A stretch of 64,000 nt of DNA from Antedon mediterranea (GCF_964355755.1 NC_092679.1:13995432-14059431); one strand, 5' to 3'. Counted from the stretch's first letter, positions 13,710-26,860 are shown. Notes: generated by a model from the sequence alone, not told the origin. Translations and numbers: made by a program.

Positions 13710-14819
13710 CTATTGCCTAGATCCTTTGTAATTTCGACGTAAACTGCTGCTCTGATTTTGAGGTCGTGTCATGTCTGGTGGTCTTGGTGCTGTTTTTGAG
13801 GGTTTTGCTATTTTTCCTGTGGCATTTATTGATGGTAATGTCAAACTAGTATGTTCGTCGTCACTGGGAAGACGAGTTGCAATCAGACGTGGTGGGCTCA
13901 GTTGTGGCCTATTTGTTAGTCGTCTATTTGGTGGTTGCTTCCTCGGAGCTTGCTTATCTGTTGCCGTATGTGGACCAATGTTATTCGAGGAATGTCTTGC
14001 AATTTTAGCATTATCAAGCGAAGGTCTGCTTCCTGGAAATACGGTAGCAGTACGTCCGACGCTTCCATCTGAAAGTTTGTTTCTTGTATCAGAAGTGTAG
14101 CGGTTTCCCATCTTTTGACAGAGGACTAGATTTACCAGAAAGTTCAACCATGTCCAGAAGACTTCTCTCGTGCTGCTTCTTTCTTTGAGGCTTTCTTGTA
14201 TACTTGATTGAGTCTGCAAAGTAAAATTATAAGTTACACTTTTAATTAGGTCTTGTTTCATTTCCACCCATTTAAGCTAATGCATAGTAGACTGGTTTGA
14301 CTACATCTCAAAGTAAAAATATTTTGTTACACTTTTAGTTTCAATCTAAACTAAAGCACGGTGGACTTGTTTGACTCCATATCCTACATATTAGTGGTAG
14401 CCTACATGGTTCTGAATTGGGAGACATGTGCTTTACCTTCATTGTTAGAGAATCCTATTTTAGATGACATCAAGTCACACACAGAAGTGACATCTGAAGG
14501 ATGCACATCAAAGATCTGAAAATCTGTGTTTGATCTATATCTACGATCGTCAGATAATCTATATAAGAAGACATGGATTTATAAACTATAATATTGGTCT
14601 AAATGATTTCGGTACAAATAACTAAATACGGTTATGTATGTAGGCCTATATTGAATTGGCGTGTAGTGTACCTAGGCTAAAAAAGCATTGATACAAAACA
14701 TCGTTCAAAAAATGTTTCAAAACACAAATCTTTTATCTATTTATTTAATTATACATGCTATTGAAATTTCATTTAGACTATAATTTAGTAACTTACCGTT
14801 TGTTTTTTCGTGAATCCAT
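13710..14819 (-). pseudogene. Small 3-exon gene or pseudogene for a basic Ser/Arg/Pro-rich protein (exons 14819-14797 MDSRKNKR, 14558-14437, 14213-13710) with an apparent frameshift near 14105
   Basis: ATG...CG|gtaagt; tatag|A...G|gtaaag; ttgcag|AC. Phases chain. The spliced frame stops at ...KPLHF* while the neighbouring frame continues to ...NYKGSRQ*. Exons are duplicated nearby. Confidence 0.6.
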
Positions 14820-15058
14820 TAGTAAATTAGTGAAATATTTTCGGAGAAATTGTAAGACATTGTAAGTTTGTTTGCTTTTAGACGTTTGTATGCTGTAGTA
14901 GTTACTATACTAATGCGAAACGTATACAATGGCAACAATCACGCGCTGCGCGCGTTACCATGGCTGGAAGTGGGAGCATGCGCATTAATGCACTGTAATC
15001 TGCTGTGATATGATGTGTGGCAAACAAGTATGACATGAACTTACATTGTTATAAATAA

Positions 15059-15860
15059 ACAAGACCATATACATGGCTGCAGTCGCGTGTGCAAATTTGA
15101 GTCAGTGTTTACCGACCGACCGACCTACCAACCGATCGACATAGTTAGCTATAGAGTGGCGTTTGCACGCGATTAAATTAAATAAATAATTAAATTAAAA
15201 ACATTTATATTTGCCTCCAAGTATTAATATCCACTGTCAAAATAACGAAAAAACATGAATATGAGTTAGTGTTTACCGACCGACCAACCGAAATTGTGAA
15301 AATGTTAAAAAATGTTAAACAAATTTTAAAAACATTTATATTTTCCTCCAAGTATTAATATCCACTGTCAAAATTACGAAAAAATATGAATATGAGTTTG
15401 TGTTTACACCGATCGACTGACCGACATAGTGAGCTACTAAAAAAAACGAAAGAAATATGAATATGAGTTAGTATTTACCGAACGACTAACAGACCGAAAA
15501 AAAAAACATTTTTTAAACATTTATATTTGCCTCCAAGTATTAATATCCAGTGTCAAATTAAAGAAAAAAATATGAATATGAGTTTAGTGTTTACCGACCG
15601 ACCAACCGACCGAAACTGCTAAAAATGCTGAAAAATTGTTTTAAACACTTATGTTGGCCTCCAAGTATTAATATCCAGTGTCAAATTTAAAAAAAAAATA
15701 TGATTATGTGTTTAGTGTTTACCGACCGACCGACCAACCTACCGAAATTGCTGAAGATGTAAAAAAATCTTGAAAAATGTTAAAAAACATTCATTATATT
15801 TGCCTCCAAGTATTAATATCCACTGTCAAAATAACGGGGACAAAATATGAATATGAGTTT
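15059..15860 (-). mobile_element. HINE (Helentron-associated, DINE-1-like) with internal ~115-135-bp tandem array and (GACC)n microsatellite
   Basis: ACAAGACC start, AGTCGCGTG/CACGCGA subterminal IRs, ~5 copies of ...CCTCCAAGTATTAATATCCA... unit. Confidence 0.7.
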
Positions 15861-16270
15861 CAATTAAATAAATAACCGATTAGCAAACGATACAGTACGG
15901 TAGTATGTTGCTATGATTATAATTATCATACCGACTAACTGCTATTTATTTGATATAATACAGATTCCATCGATCAATATCTAATGTAAAGATCGTGTAT
16001 GCTTGCTTTTTTACACGATCATACAATGGAGTGTGTGAATTTTGTTACATTAAAACAAATTTAAAAATGTATAATTAGTAAAACAAAATAGCATTAAATT
16101 TAGAGAGGATAAATTAGTTTGAAAGTAGAAAATACTGGTTTCATTTCAAGATACAAAATCTACTTTTAATAGGATAGGGGTTAATGCCTAGTTTCGATGT
16201 AAATGTTGTATGACTTATGAATTCTATCGGAATGAGATCGAATGAAAATCAATATAAAATAAATACTTAC

Positions 16271-16293
16271 CGTTTGTTTTTTCGTGATTCCAT
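16271..16293 (-). CDS. Duplicate first exon (MESRKNKR|gtaagt) of the small gene; alternative first exon or orphan copy
   Basis: Near-identical to 14797-14819 with the same donor and weakly similar upstream DNA. Confidence 0.5.
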
Positions 16294-16491
16294 TGTATAT
16301 TTGTTAGAATTATTTCCGAGAAACTATAGTATAATTGCTTATGATTATAATGAAGTTTTTAGAATATGTTGTTGCTAACGCTATTTACGTATACAATCGT
16401 GCGTTACGTGCATTGCTAAAGAGATATTTGATCATGCTCATTATTACATTGTGTTCTCAAATATACCTATCGTTTTCACTTATTTTCTTAA

Positions 16492-16745
16492 TACCGTATT
16501 CATTCGAATAAACTCTTCGGGGCGTGTATTGCTTTGGAGGGTTTTTGGAGGGTAGGGATATTCGAGGGAGGCGTTTATTCGGGGAAGGCGTTTATTTTTT
16601 TGGGTGTATTATGTACAATCAAATAAATTCCCCATAGATATGAATAAATACAACACAATTAATATCGAGAAGTTATAAAATATAAATAAAAATATAGTAA
16701 AAACTGGGGTTATTCGAAGGGAGGGGAGGTAGGCGTTTATTCAAA
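16492..16745. mobile_element. Tc1/pogo-like MITE remnant
   Basis: TA|CCGTATTCATTCGAATAAAC start with repeated GGCGTTTATTCG motifs; right end decayed. Confidence 0.4.
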
Positions 16746-17199
16746 TTGATGTTCTATGGGGGTGGAATCTCAAAATACTCAATAACAATTTTTTTTCACA
16801 AATTTGTTTCAAAAAAAGCTCAAACAAAATACATAAATATTTAAGGCCGTCTGAACATTAATTTTAGAATCGAAATTCGTAAATTGGTTGTCGCATGGCA
16901 ATATTTCAAAATGCATAACTTCTTTTATAATTCAAAACAGGCTATATTATAGTGTAAAATCTATTTAAATTAGGGAAGAATGAAATTTCGATCTGCCCTG
17001 ATTTAAATATATTAACCTATCCATCATTCATACAATGTTGAGTTGTATGCTTACCTCCCTGCGGTTGTCATTATATTAATTGCTATGAATTCATCTAATC
17101 AAAACAAATTTCTAAAAATAAAAAATCGAGAATGTAGTTTATCTTGTGTATAACATTTTATTTTCAAATAACTTCATATTAATTCAGACCTTTAAAAAA

Positions 17200-17668
17200 T
17201 TATGCAATCATGTGTAGAAAGTATTATTTTGATCACTTGGTGCTCATACATGTTACCTTTTAGTCGAATCATCAAAGTACCAACTGTCATCATGCGAAGT
17301 TAGACTATGCTTAGTCAGGAATTGGGATACACTCTACTTATGAATACATTTAGTTTATTCTGTGACAGTACTCAGGTCCTTCGCTGCCATGATCATTGGA
17401 ACGAAACTTGGCTCTGGGTTTCATCACGTTCTCGGGGTACATACATCTTGAGAGTAACTTTAAATAAATTGAATTTAAATCATTAAATCAGTCTCTGATA
17501 CTATGAATTCCTATACCACTGTTGTGTGGTTTGTCTATTGCCTAGATCCTTTGTAATTTCGACGTAAAGTGCTGCTCTGATTTTGAGGTCGTGTCATGTC
17601 TGGTGGTCTTGGTGCTACTTTTGAGGGTTTTGCCATTATGCCTGTGGCATTTATTGATGGTAATGTAA
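17200..17668 (-). pseudogene. Second copy of the small gene's last-exon 3' part and 3'UTR, truncated by the repeat element at 17673
   Basis: TLPSINATG...NYKGSRQ* and the downstream UTR align with ~13370-13845. Confidence 0.7.
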
Positions 17669-17672
17669 AATT

Positions 17673-19252
17673 GGGGTCTAGGGCAACTACCCCCTGGACA
17701 ACTACCACCCGTACAACTACCACCCGGACAATAACCCAATGAACAATCACCCTCCTAGGACAATCACCCTCCTAGGACAACTACCCCCCGGACAAGTACC
17801 CTCTTAGGACAACTACTTCCTAGGACAATTACACCCTAGGACAACTACCCCCTAGGACAACTACCCCCTAGGACAACTACCCTCTAGGACAACTACCCTC
17901 TAGGACTACTACCCTCTAGGACAATTACCCCCTAGGACAATTACCCTCTAGGAAAACTAACCTCTAGCTACCCACTAGGAAAATTACAATGGGCCCATAG
18001 GACAACTACACCTTTGGAACAACTACAAATTAACAAGCTGCTTCCTTTGGTGCAAATTGTATTGTAAAATCAAATTGTGTGAAGAGAGGACTATGAGGGC
18101 GTTGTACCACACTATACATTAACAATATTTGACTTGAAATTATTAAAATATCGACGTATGTACCTAAGATTTGTAGTCTATTTTGTAATAAGTGTAGCGA
18201 TATTTATTTATTTTTAACTTACAAACTATGAAAAACGATTTTCTTAATTGGCGCAGTTAGCTATGTTTTCATAATAGGAAGACTAAGAAATGTATGAACC
18301 TGTCAAACGGGGGAGAGAGAGATTGATTTTCAAATCGTCTAATGTAATCAATTGATTAATAGTGTAGTTTTTTTTTTAATCTAAAGTAAAATTAAGAGTT
18401 TTTTTTTGCTGTAGAATACGAATTGGAATAAAATGAAATAAGTAGAAATGTTTCTTTAGGTTCTAAAAACGTGTATCGTCCTGAGGAGTGGGGAAAAATG
18501 TAAAAAACAAATCAATTAAAGTTCTTCTATAAAGTAGTAACAGCCAAACCAATATTCCATTATTACTGGACTAGTAGTGAATGTATAATGTCATTAAACA
18601 GCATGACATAAGCTGTTACAGTAAACATTTGTTTTGAAAAAGAAAAAAGAGAACAAAGTCGGGCCAATTTTACCGATATTAAGGGGCTGCTCCAGTCCCA
18701 CTATCTTACAACTACCCTCTAGTCCAACTGCTATGCCCCTAGGACAACTACCCCTCTAGAACAACAACACTCTCTGACCAATGACACCTATTACACCTTA
18801 GGTTATAATTACGATCTTGAAAAAAAAGGGAAAGAGATTGATCTTAATTGAAAGGCTGTTTGACTGGTGCAGCTAGGTAAACTGTATGTTCGTAGATTTA
18901 TATACGGCATGTTCATGTCACACAAGAATAAAATAAGCCCACCCTTTATTTTTCAAGATTGGAATACCTTTTAATAATGTAATCGATTCTCGTTTAATCT
19001 AAAATAACTGCTGACGATACGCATATTAAAAATTCAAAAGCTTTCATTTAAGATCAATCTCTCTCCATATGTTTTGAAGTTCAGTAAGTTTTACAAGATC
19101 GTAATTATAACCTAAGGTGCATGTGTGTGTCATGGTATAGGTGTGGTTGTTCAGAGGGTGTTGTTGTCCTAGGGGCATGGCAGTTGGACATAGAGGGTAG
19201 TTGTCCAAGAAGGGTAGTTGTCCTAGGTGTAGTTTTTCTGGGGGGGTAGTTA
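17673..19252. mobile_element. Foldback/MULE-like non-autonomous element with tandem ~16-17-bp subterminal repeats (TAGGACAACTACCCC)
   Basis: About 20 tandem copies at 17680-18025; inverted arms 18700-18855 and 19040-19250. Confidence 0.7.
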
Positions 19253-19860
19253 AAAAACTATCGTGGGATTAATATTATTAAACAAAATAAATGGAAATTG
19301 TTAGATGAACGTAGAGACTACGCTATTGCTTGTATTAAGTACAAATGTATACATGGTATTGCACCTACCAATATTTGCAACGATATTGAACTGGTTTACG
19401 ACCAACATGGATACTCCCAAGATGTTCCCAATCTCTGAATGTTATACCACCTATGCCAAATTGCTTATTAATGAACGGATCGCTAAACAGTTCAGGAGCA
19501 AAAGTTTGGTATAAAATACCTGTAAAAATAGTTTGTCTGTAAATAGTTTTAAAATTAATTATAAAAGCATTTCTTAAAAAAATAATTGTATTTCCACTAT
19601 TATTTTTAAAGTTCTATATTCACTGATTGTTTACTTTTATTTATTTATTTATTTTTTTTTATTTCTTGTGTTTTTTGGGGGTTTTTAAGTTGTTTCATTG
19701 CAGGACCATATTGAAAAACAGAATTTTTTCTTTTCTGAATTATGTTATCCTGCCTAAATATATTTTAATAAACAAAATAAAATAAAATTTTGCAAAGCAG
19801 GCTCGTTGAGCTTGTGCAGTCTTTGTGTTCATAATCAGTGTACCATGTTCTGGCATACCT

Positions 19861-22800
19861 CAATTCAATTCAATTCAAATTAACATTTATTTCTTCCACA
19901 GTAAAATAAAAACAAATATTCAATATAAATTGTAAAATGAAGGAAGAGGGCAAAACTAAAAAAGTAACGCCAGATGAAAAACAGAAATTATATTAATCAA
20001 AAGACCTTGTGACGAGCAATCCCTTAATAAATAATATAAATAAAAATTACAAATTAATTAACGTACACAAACACACAGACAGGACAGGGCAAAAAAGGAG
20101 AAAAAGGGAACAAACGATCATGACGATGACGATAATATAAAAGCTGATGATAATATAAAAAAACATTTTATTAATTATATTTTGACAAAAGAAATTTGTT
20201 TGGCTTTATGAGAGAAAATTTTCCTGGAGGGGGTTGCAATGATTTCAGGAGAAATGTCATTATATAATTTAACACCGCTATAAGCTATAACGGACGTTGT
20301 GTTGGAGCAACGTAAGTTTGGGCTGAGGAAGATGAAGTTTGTTGCAAGTTCTAGTAGAATAGGAGTGAGTGAGTTTTTGAGAAAGAAGCATAAATTGGAT
20401 GGAAGAAGAGAATGCAAAGCTTCGTAAACAAAGATTGTGTAATTTATTAATGTCATGAACAGTCAGTAAATTTAAATTTTATAAAAGAGGGGACTAGAAT
20501 GATCAAGGGGTGGCGAATCACATATAATGCGTACCGCCTACTTTTGGAGCTTATGAATTTGATAGAGATTTGATTTAAAATTATTGGCCAAGACAATATT
20601 ACAATAGGTAATAAAAGGAAGGATAAGAGAAGAATAAATAGAATGTAAGATTGAATTAGGAAGGAAAAATGGAAGGCGATAAATATTAACGATACTTTTG
20701 GATATTTTTAATTCAACTTCTTTTATATGTTTTTTAAAATTGAGTTTGTGATCGATTTCAATGCATAGGAATTTGGTGTGCTGGACAAGAGGGATTATAT
20801 AGTCTCCAATTGAGATATTTCGTATTTCATTAGTTCTTGTTTTGTGACGATTTCCAAACAGCATGAAGTTGCATTTCTTAGTATTGATCGACAGTTTATT
20901 GACATTAAAGTATTCGGTAACATTATTAAGTTCGCGATTAATAGAAAGAAAGAGAGAATCAAGATTTGAATTAGAATAAAATATGGTGGTGTCGTCAGCG
21001 TAAAGGTAGAACGTTAAATTTTTAGATGAGTTTGGTAAATCATTTACATAAAGAAGAAATAAAAGAGGACCGAGGAGGGAACCCTGGGGGACACCGCAAG
21101 TAAGATGTTTAAAATTTGAAAGTGAGCAATTAATCTTTGTACATTGATGTTGGTTGCTAAGGTAGTCTTTAAATAGGTTAAAAGAAGATCGACGGATACC
21201 GTAATAAATAATTTGGAAATAAGAATACTGTGATTGATAGTATGAAATGCATCAGAAAGGTCAATGAAAATTCCAGTAAAAAAAACTTTGCTTTCGATTG
21301 AATCAGAGATATTATTTATTAGGTCGATTAAGACGAAGGATGTAGAATATTGTTTTCTAAAACCAAATTGCTTATTGTAAAGGATATTATTTTTTTGAAA
21401 TTATATGTACGATCATAATAATTTTTTCAAGGATTGTTGAAAATAAAGGTAGAATTGATATTGGACGATAGTTATTACGGGTCACTTTTGTCACCTTTCT
21501 TGAAAATAGGAGTTGTTACTTTAGCAATCTTCATGGCGTTCGGGAATACGCCACAAGAGAGACAAAGATTAAAAATGTGCGAAAGAGGGAAAAGAATTAG
21601 GTATATAGATTGCTTCACGACTTTGTTATTGATGTCATCAATGTCGGAGGCATTATTATTCTTAAAGGAGTTAACAATTTTTAGAATTTCTACTTCAACT
21701 ACTGGAAAAAGAAATAACGAATTAATTAACGGGGTATCGAGATATTCATGGAACGTTTTAGAACCATAATTAGTGATTTTATGAGCTAATTTAGGTCCGA
21801 TACTTGTGAAGTGGTCATTAAAAAGATTTGCAGTTTTTGAGGGATCTTTAGTTAACTTACCCTCAAAGTTTATTTCAATATTATCGAAGTTATTATTATT
21901 ATTATTTGCATTTTTTATTATTATTGTTAGTATTAGTTTTAGCTTTACTTGAGATGTTAAAAACAGGGAGATGATCAGTAACATTACCAATATGTGAAGA
22001 TTCAATTTCATTTGTAATGATATTGTCTAAAAGCGTAGCAGTGTCAGGAGTAATCCGTGTAGATCTATGAATAAGACTGATATAGGAATTATTAAAAAGG
22101 CAATTAACAAAATATTTTGTATTATCATCACTCAATTGTTAGTACATCAACATTAAAATCTCCTAAAATATAGATACGCTTGTTTTCTTTGGAAAGTCTT
22201 TTAAGTAAGTAATAAATCAAGTTGCTTGTTTAATATGGAATATTAATTATATGAGGCCTATATATGGTACCAACAATTATATTCTTATCATTAGTTTTTA
22301 TTTCGATAAAATGGTATTCACAAAAGTATGGACTGGATGACAAATCGGTTTTAATTGAAAGACCGTCTCTGACATACATAAGAATGCCACCACACTTGTA
22401 CGTACGTGGTTTAAAAGTAATAGAATAATTAGGAATATTAATAAGAGGGTTTTCATGTTTCATCCATGTTTCAGATACAGAAATTACATCAAAATTAAAA
22501 TTTATAGAATATAAACAGGATGTGAGGTTGTCGAAATATTTTTGGATGCTTCTAGCATTAAATGAATACAAGAAAATTTTCTCTCATAATCCGAATTATA
22601 AGTTTGAAAAAATTCATGTGGTAAATAATACTTAGACAAATTAACATCAGTAAAGTAGTGTTCATCTGGATCAATTATCATTAAAATGTTTATTAGAAGT
22701 TGATTAGGGATTAAACAAAATATTAGATAATCGATCGGGATTGTTAGCCATTATCGGCATTTAAATGGGGATAGTAGTATAGCAGCATAGTTGAACACGG

Positions 22801-24030
22801 TTGGAATATAACATTTGAACGTTAGATAACTATAATAATAATAACAACAACAACAGGTGAGTTAGTAAATGAATATAATAAAGAAAACATCATAAAGAAC
22901 GGAATCGTGATATTATAATTAAAAAACTTCGGTTAGCATTGTTAACTACAATATATATTGTAAGGCCTAGAGTGGTCATGAATGTTCAAGCGTTTAAGCC
23001 TTTTAGACACCTGGATAGATCCGACTGATTGCAGACAACCAATTTCTTCGATGCGTTGGTGAGTATGCACATTTTCCCATCTTGAGTCCAGGTGGATTTG
23101 ATTGATTTGGCATACTTCATCTTAACGTCTCGTAGTAGCTTTGAACGTTTTAAAGTCAGGTTTTCGTGCACAAAAAATTGGGTGCCTTTGAAACGTTTCT
23201 TAGCTTTTGAAAATCTCGCTTCTCCTCTTGTAATTGGTAAACTTGATTATGATACTCCTCGGTTTTTTGTTGGTATCGGGGTCTCTTTTCGGTCCCAACC
23301 TATGAGATCGATTAATATCTGTGTCATCAATAGAAACGTTCAGTTTTTCTTTGAAGACATTTATTACTTCAATGTCGGTACTTTCATTTAGCGTTTCAGG
23401 GACACCATGTGAAATTTCGACTGGAATACTGCTCTGCATTATCGATATCATTTTCTAGCTCTGTAATTCGTTCTTCTAGGGTGCCTATCTTAGAGTTAGT
23501 TTCGTTAATGTCAAAATGTAAAGAGGGTCTGATAAGGAGAGTAAGCTTACCGATAATTTCGTCATGAACGACATTAGAAACAGCTTCGGCGATTTTCGTC
23601 ATAAAAGGTGAGTCAGATGTAAGGCATTTCTGCAATTCTGAGTCAATGATTTCTTTCACATCTAAATCATTAATGCATTCCTTTTGTTTTTCAGGCTCGC
23701 TGCTGTCTCCAACAGAATCTGCCGATTGCTCGTCGGTATCTGCCTTTTTCTTTTTGCTACCTGCCATCGAGTTAGAATTAAATGGAGATAACACAGCAAA
23801 GCAAGTTGAAAACGACCACAGTCAAGGTATGCACAAGCAAAGTATGCAGTAGAAGTCCGTTGTTTGGTATAGTGTGGGACAGGTGATGCTTAGTAGTTGA
23901 TCAATACAAGTGAGAGATAGCTGTATGCCTAGTAGTTGGGCAAGCTTGAATGGGAATTGGCTAACAATGGTAACCCGGAGCGCGTCGCTCAAACACATCC
24001 GTTCACCATGAGAGCTTGTGTGAATGTATA
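19861..24030 (-). mobile_element. Near full-length but decayed LINE (CR1/L2 group) with coiled-coil/RRM-type ORF1 and (TGAAT)n tail
   Basis: ORF1 pieces 22986-23794 (EQYSSR, GVPE, RSHRLG, PRSIIIKF, ENLT, WTQDGK); ORF2 pieces 20175-22760 (SETW, YRP, GVPQGS, YADD); tail at 19861-19885. Confidence 0.88.
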
Positions 24031-24087
24031 TGGCTCAGGCTATATTATTGTGCCAGTTCTGCGGTACATTTCATTTCGAAACCTAAG

Positions 24088-24132
24088 CTCCACTGACGAG
24101 ATCTAATAAGATCGAAACAGTCTCGTCTGCAG
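24088..24132 (+). ncRNA. Type I minimal hammerhead ribozyme (catalytic core intact)
   Basis: CTCCA-CTGACGA-GATCT aata AGATC-GAAA-CAGTCTCG-TC-TGCAG. Confidence 0.8.
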
Positions 24133-24364
24133 ATTGGATATTACAGTCCTCTACTTTCTGCTATATACATATGTATGTTGTTTTATAGAGCACTCTTCAG
24201 TTTGAAACGGTGCATTTTGTTGTGAATACTATTTGCATTTTGCAAAGCACGCTCGTTGAGCTTGTGCACTCTTTGTGTTCATAATCCGAGTACCATGTCC
24301 CACATACCTGGCTCAGCCTTTATATTGTGCCAGTTCTGCGGTACATTTCATTTCGAAACCTGAG

Positions 24365-24409
24365 CTGCACCGACTAGATCTAATAAGATCGAAACAATAC
24401 TGTCTGCAG
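24365..24409 (+). ncRNA. Second hammerhead copy (perfect stems I and II, core mutated to CCGACTA)
   Basis: CTGCA-CCGACTA-GATCT aata AGATC-GAAA-CAATACTG-TC-TGCAG. Confidence 0.65.
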
Positions 24410-25447
24410 ATTGGAGAGATTATAGATGCATAACAAAAACGTAGATCCAGGCTAATGTACTTGCGCTTTATTTATACATCAAATATACATCAACATAATT
24501 TTATGATTCGGTGAAAATACAAAAAATGCTACATATTTATATGCAATGCAATTGCAAATATATATAATCATAAGCTTTCATTTTGATGCCACATATCAAT
24601 ATGTATGACTTTTAAGATTGTTTACTAACTTATTTAATACCCGAGTAAATATTGTTGTGGCTTAAATGATGTCATTACATTGTTCAAAATATATTTGACA
24701 TACGTTTGTGTTGTTATACATGTCATAAGTTTTAATTTGATACAAAAATTGACATGTTTATTGTAACTGTGGCCTCACTGGTCACTTATTTGAGTTGAAT
24801 AGGAGTCAACTAGCCACACTAGCTAGTGAGATTTCTATTATACGTCGCTTGGCATTATGCAAATCAACCCAGGTAAGCATACGTTCAGCAATGATTAAGT
24901 AATAGTTAGCTCAGTTACGCATACTGCCGTTTCATTTTTCACAAAGTTATGTAATATATTTATATAATTGGTGTAGCTTAAGTAATGGCATCATTATATT
25001 GTTCAAACTATATTTTATGTAGTTCCGTGGTGTTTGTAAGTCATAAGCTGCCATATTAATTTCCCACGAAGTTATGTAATATATTATGGGTGTGGCTTTG
25101 ATGACGTCATTATATTGAGAAATTATATTTTCTCATGTGAGTGGTATTGTACATGTAATAAGCTATAATTTGATACCAAACTTGACATATGTACGTAATT
25201 TATACTTTTTAAATATTTTTACATAGCTACATACTACAAAATACGTAATATATACTGAGTGTGGCTTTGATGTCGTCATTATATATATTTCGGTATCTTT
25301 TATTCATCATTATATTGTGAATTTATATTTTTCTCACGTTAGTGGTAATGTACACGTCATAAGCTATATATCTTGATACCAAACTTGATTACATATTTAT
25401 GTAATTTATATTTTTTTAATATTTTTACATAGCTATATAATATATTA

Positions 25448-26095
25448 ACAAGGCCATATACATGGCTGCAGTCGCGTGCTCAAGTTAGTGTTTACCGACC
25501 GACCAACCAACCGACTGAAATTGCTGAACATATTTAAAAATGTTGAAAATGTTTAAAAACATTTATATTTTTTTAATTTACACGTGCGTAGCCTGTCATT
25601 TTTGACGTGCTCGTATAACGTAATTTTCAGTTGGAAAGTGAATCAAATATCATGACATTTATTAGAGAAAGGTGCAGTGCGCGCGTGCAAAAATCTGCGC
25701 ACTTATTGCAATTAAATTTTTTTTTAAATTGCCTGAAACGTACTCTAATTTAATCGAAAATAAATTTGACATTTTTGAAAATTTTAAGCGCGCGTACGCA
25801 TGTGTTATATGCGCTACGCACGTAATTGTATTGCCATATAATGAAATAGGATCTAAAATTTATGAGTACCAAATTATATTTACATGTGATTCATGCTTGT
25901 GAAGATATGATTACAAACATGATTTTGTTAAATCGCACCGTGAAAAACATAACCACCTCGAGTCTTGGTCATAAGAAATATACTCTGAAAAATTGACTTA
26001 GCTAGATGAAACTGATATCAAGACAAGGCCATATACAAGTTAGTGTTTACCGACCGACCGACCAACCAACCGACCGACATAGTGAGCTGTAGAAT
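25448..26095 (-). mobile_element. HINE copy (same family as 15059 and 56388)
   Basis: ACAAGGCC...AGTCGCGTG, (GACC)n; ~500-bp core shared with 56510-57060. Confidence 0.75.
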
Positions 26096-26114
26096 ATTCC
26101 CTTCATTTGAGGTA

Positions 26115-26860
26115 ATATATAAATTTACGTAAGGGCAAAATTCGGTAAATCACGCGTTATTTCTAGAATGTTTACTCGATGGTATATAAAGTTGATAGAA
26201 TCTCGGTACTGATTTAAACCACCAGATGTAACCCTGTTTACTAATTAAATTGAGTTAGATAATTAGTTATTGAAAATTAAAACGAATTTAGGGTGTTTTC
26301 CGAACGTAAGTATACACTGTCTAATGGATGTCCTCTTAAAAAATACCTGCACACAATAATACGAGGATGATAAATCGCGCGTTAATTCTAGAATGTTTAC
26401 TCGATGGTATATATAGTTGGTACGTACTTTTGATACTGATTTTAACCACCTGATGTAACCCTGTTTATTAATTAAATTGAGTTAGATAATTAGTTATTGA
26501 CAATTAAAAAGAATTTAGGTTAAACGATTTGCCCCAAATAGGGGTGTTTTCCGATCGTGGTATACACTGTCTAATGCATGTCTATCTTGAAAAATACCCG
26601 CATACAATAATACGAGGATGATTCACATTTTCCTATCTCCTCCTACGATAATTGTTTTTAATGGCTGAAAACGGGATGAACAGCTTGAGTACAGTATCAT
26701 AATGTTGAAGACAGGCCGATTTTTTTGATAGAATTAATATACGTTTATACAATTGTACTGATTTGCAATGAATGGAACATTCCAAATTAATTGGTTTAAA
26801 CATGCTTGCATATCTCCATGGTTTAACACAAGTAGGTAAATTTATGGGCAATTGGAGAAT
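26115..26860 (-). mobile_element. Helitron-like 3' fragment with internal duplication
   Basis: Reverse complement of 3130-3438 + 5737-5895. Confidence 0.7.

Larger units (their letters stand above)
19788..24415 (+). repeat. ~277-nt tandem repeat (1.6 units) with hammerhead ribozymes; unit 1 = 19788-19860 + 24031-24237 (split by the LINE), unit 2 = 24238-24415
   Basis: 19788-19860 matches 24238-24310, and 24031-24140 matches 24309-24415. Confidence 0.8.

Noticed and set aside
17535-17750. ORFs 17535..17750 and 17542..17739 as independent genes
   Set aside because: Their N-termini come from the GGACAACTACCC repeat; only the 3' part of the first is a duplicated host exon.
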